Assembly (NCBI RefSeq): GCF_022045235.1
Contig: NW_027266270.1
Span: forward strand, 11,842,001 to 11,906,000
Direction: 5' to 3'
Source: Haliotis cracherodii
Lineage: Eukaryota
DNA: 64,000 nt
In this document: piece after piece, positions 63,170 through 64,000 of the stretch
How the letters are laid out: each line of letters opens with the position of its first letter
How positions within the stretch are numbered: the stretch's first letter is position 1
Notes under the pieces: generated by a model
What the model was told of the DNA's origin: nothing
The model's input: the letters and a program-made list of their open reading frames with translations, nothing else
Database searches by the model: none
Translations under genes and position numbers: made by a program

Positions 63170-63690
63170 ACTATCACCTGTTGACTATCATTAGCCCCTA
63201 TTCACTGTATCACTATCTCCTATTTGCCTTATCACTATCACCTATTCACATAATTCTAACTGCTATTTTCTGTATCACCATCTCCTATTCACTGTATCAC
63301 TATCTCCTACTGACTGCACCACTATCTCCTATTCACTGTATCACTATCGCCTACTGACTGCACCACTATCTCCTATTCACTGTATCACTATCGCCTACTG
63401 ACTGCACCACTATCTCCTATTCACTGTATCACTATCGCCTACTGACTGCACCACTATCTCCTATTCACTGTATCACTATCGCCTACTGACTGCACCACTA
63501 TCTCCTATTCACTGTATCACTATTGCCTACTGACTGCACCACTATCTCCTATTCACTGTATCACTATCGCCTACTGACTGCACCACTATCTCCTATTTGC
63601 CATATAACTATTTCCTATTCACTGTATCACTATCTCCTATTCCCCATTCCACTATCTCCTATTCACTGCATCATTATCTCCTATTGACTA
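63170..63690. repeat. Minisatellite: 22-bp subunits alternating as a 44-bp dimer (ACTATCTCCTATTCACTGTATC / ACTATCGCCTACTGACTGCACC)
   Basis: 44-bp period in the core (~63280-63595), with degenerate 22-bp monomers on both flanks. Confidence 0.93.
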
Positions 63691-64000
63691 CAGCTATTCA
63701 CATTTGCACAACAGCATACCTACCATTTATTCAGGATAACTTGACACCTCCTCAACATTAACACCCTATAAGTCCCCCTGCTCACTATTAACTGCAACAA
63801 TATTTCCATAGCCACATGTACTTTATTGCAAATAACACCTAACTATACAAAGTCATTACAACTAATAACAACAGTGACCAAATTTCCAATGTGATATCAA
63901 TAATAGAGAGAAGTGGCCAATATTCATGGCATATGACCATGTTCCTTTAAGTCCAAAGTTGAAAGACAGGCCGATCTTTCACACTGTGTAGAGACAATTG

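Larger units (their letters stand above)
45306..64000 (-). other. Large ONECUT intron (>18.7 kb); CUT-domain exon lies beyond the window
   Basis: No CUT-domain peptide (e.g. LKRYSIPQAIFA, GTLSDLLRNPKPW) appears in any ORF upstream of the homeodomain exon. ONECUT genes have an intron between the CUT and homeodomain exons. Confidence 0.75.

Overview
Eukaryotic, AT-rich genomic DNA with three assembly gaps. The SINE families suggest a gastropod mollusc, probably abalone (Haliotis); this is an inference from recalled repeat motifs. The only clear protein-coding gene is a minus-strand ONECUT/HNF6 transcription factor. Its terminal exon (43358-43647) encodes the linker end, the homeodomain with the diagnostic F48/M50 residues and the C-terminal ...SSCTKS. 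A probable 3' UTR of about 3.7 kb follows, and the intron runs off the right edge, so the CUT-domain exon lies outside the window. I found an unannotated, frame-preserving 78-bp (26-codon) candidate exon at 45228-45305 with strong splice sites. It would insert into the CUT-homeodomain linker, the same place and length as the mammalian HNF6-beta insert. The left ~38.6 kb is downstream intergenic DNA. It holds four short retroposon families (A tRNA-Asp-like, B tRNA-Leu-like/V-like, C Meta-like, D without a tRNA head but with a structured 5' module), many with clear target-site duplications, nested insertions and one apparent chimera. It also holds an L2-like LINE 3' end, MITEs and many minisatellites, including a 7.7-kb block of three abutting satellites, one with a 624-bp (24 x 26 bp) higher-order repeat. 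Most long ORFs in the track are repeat artefacts.
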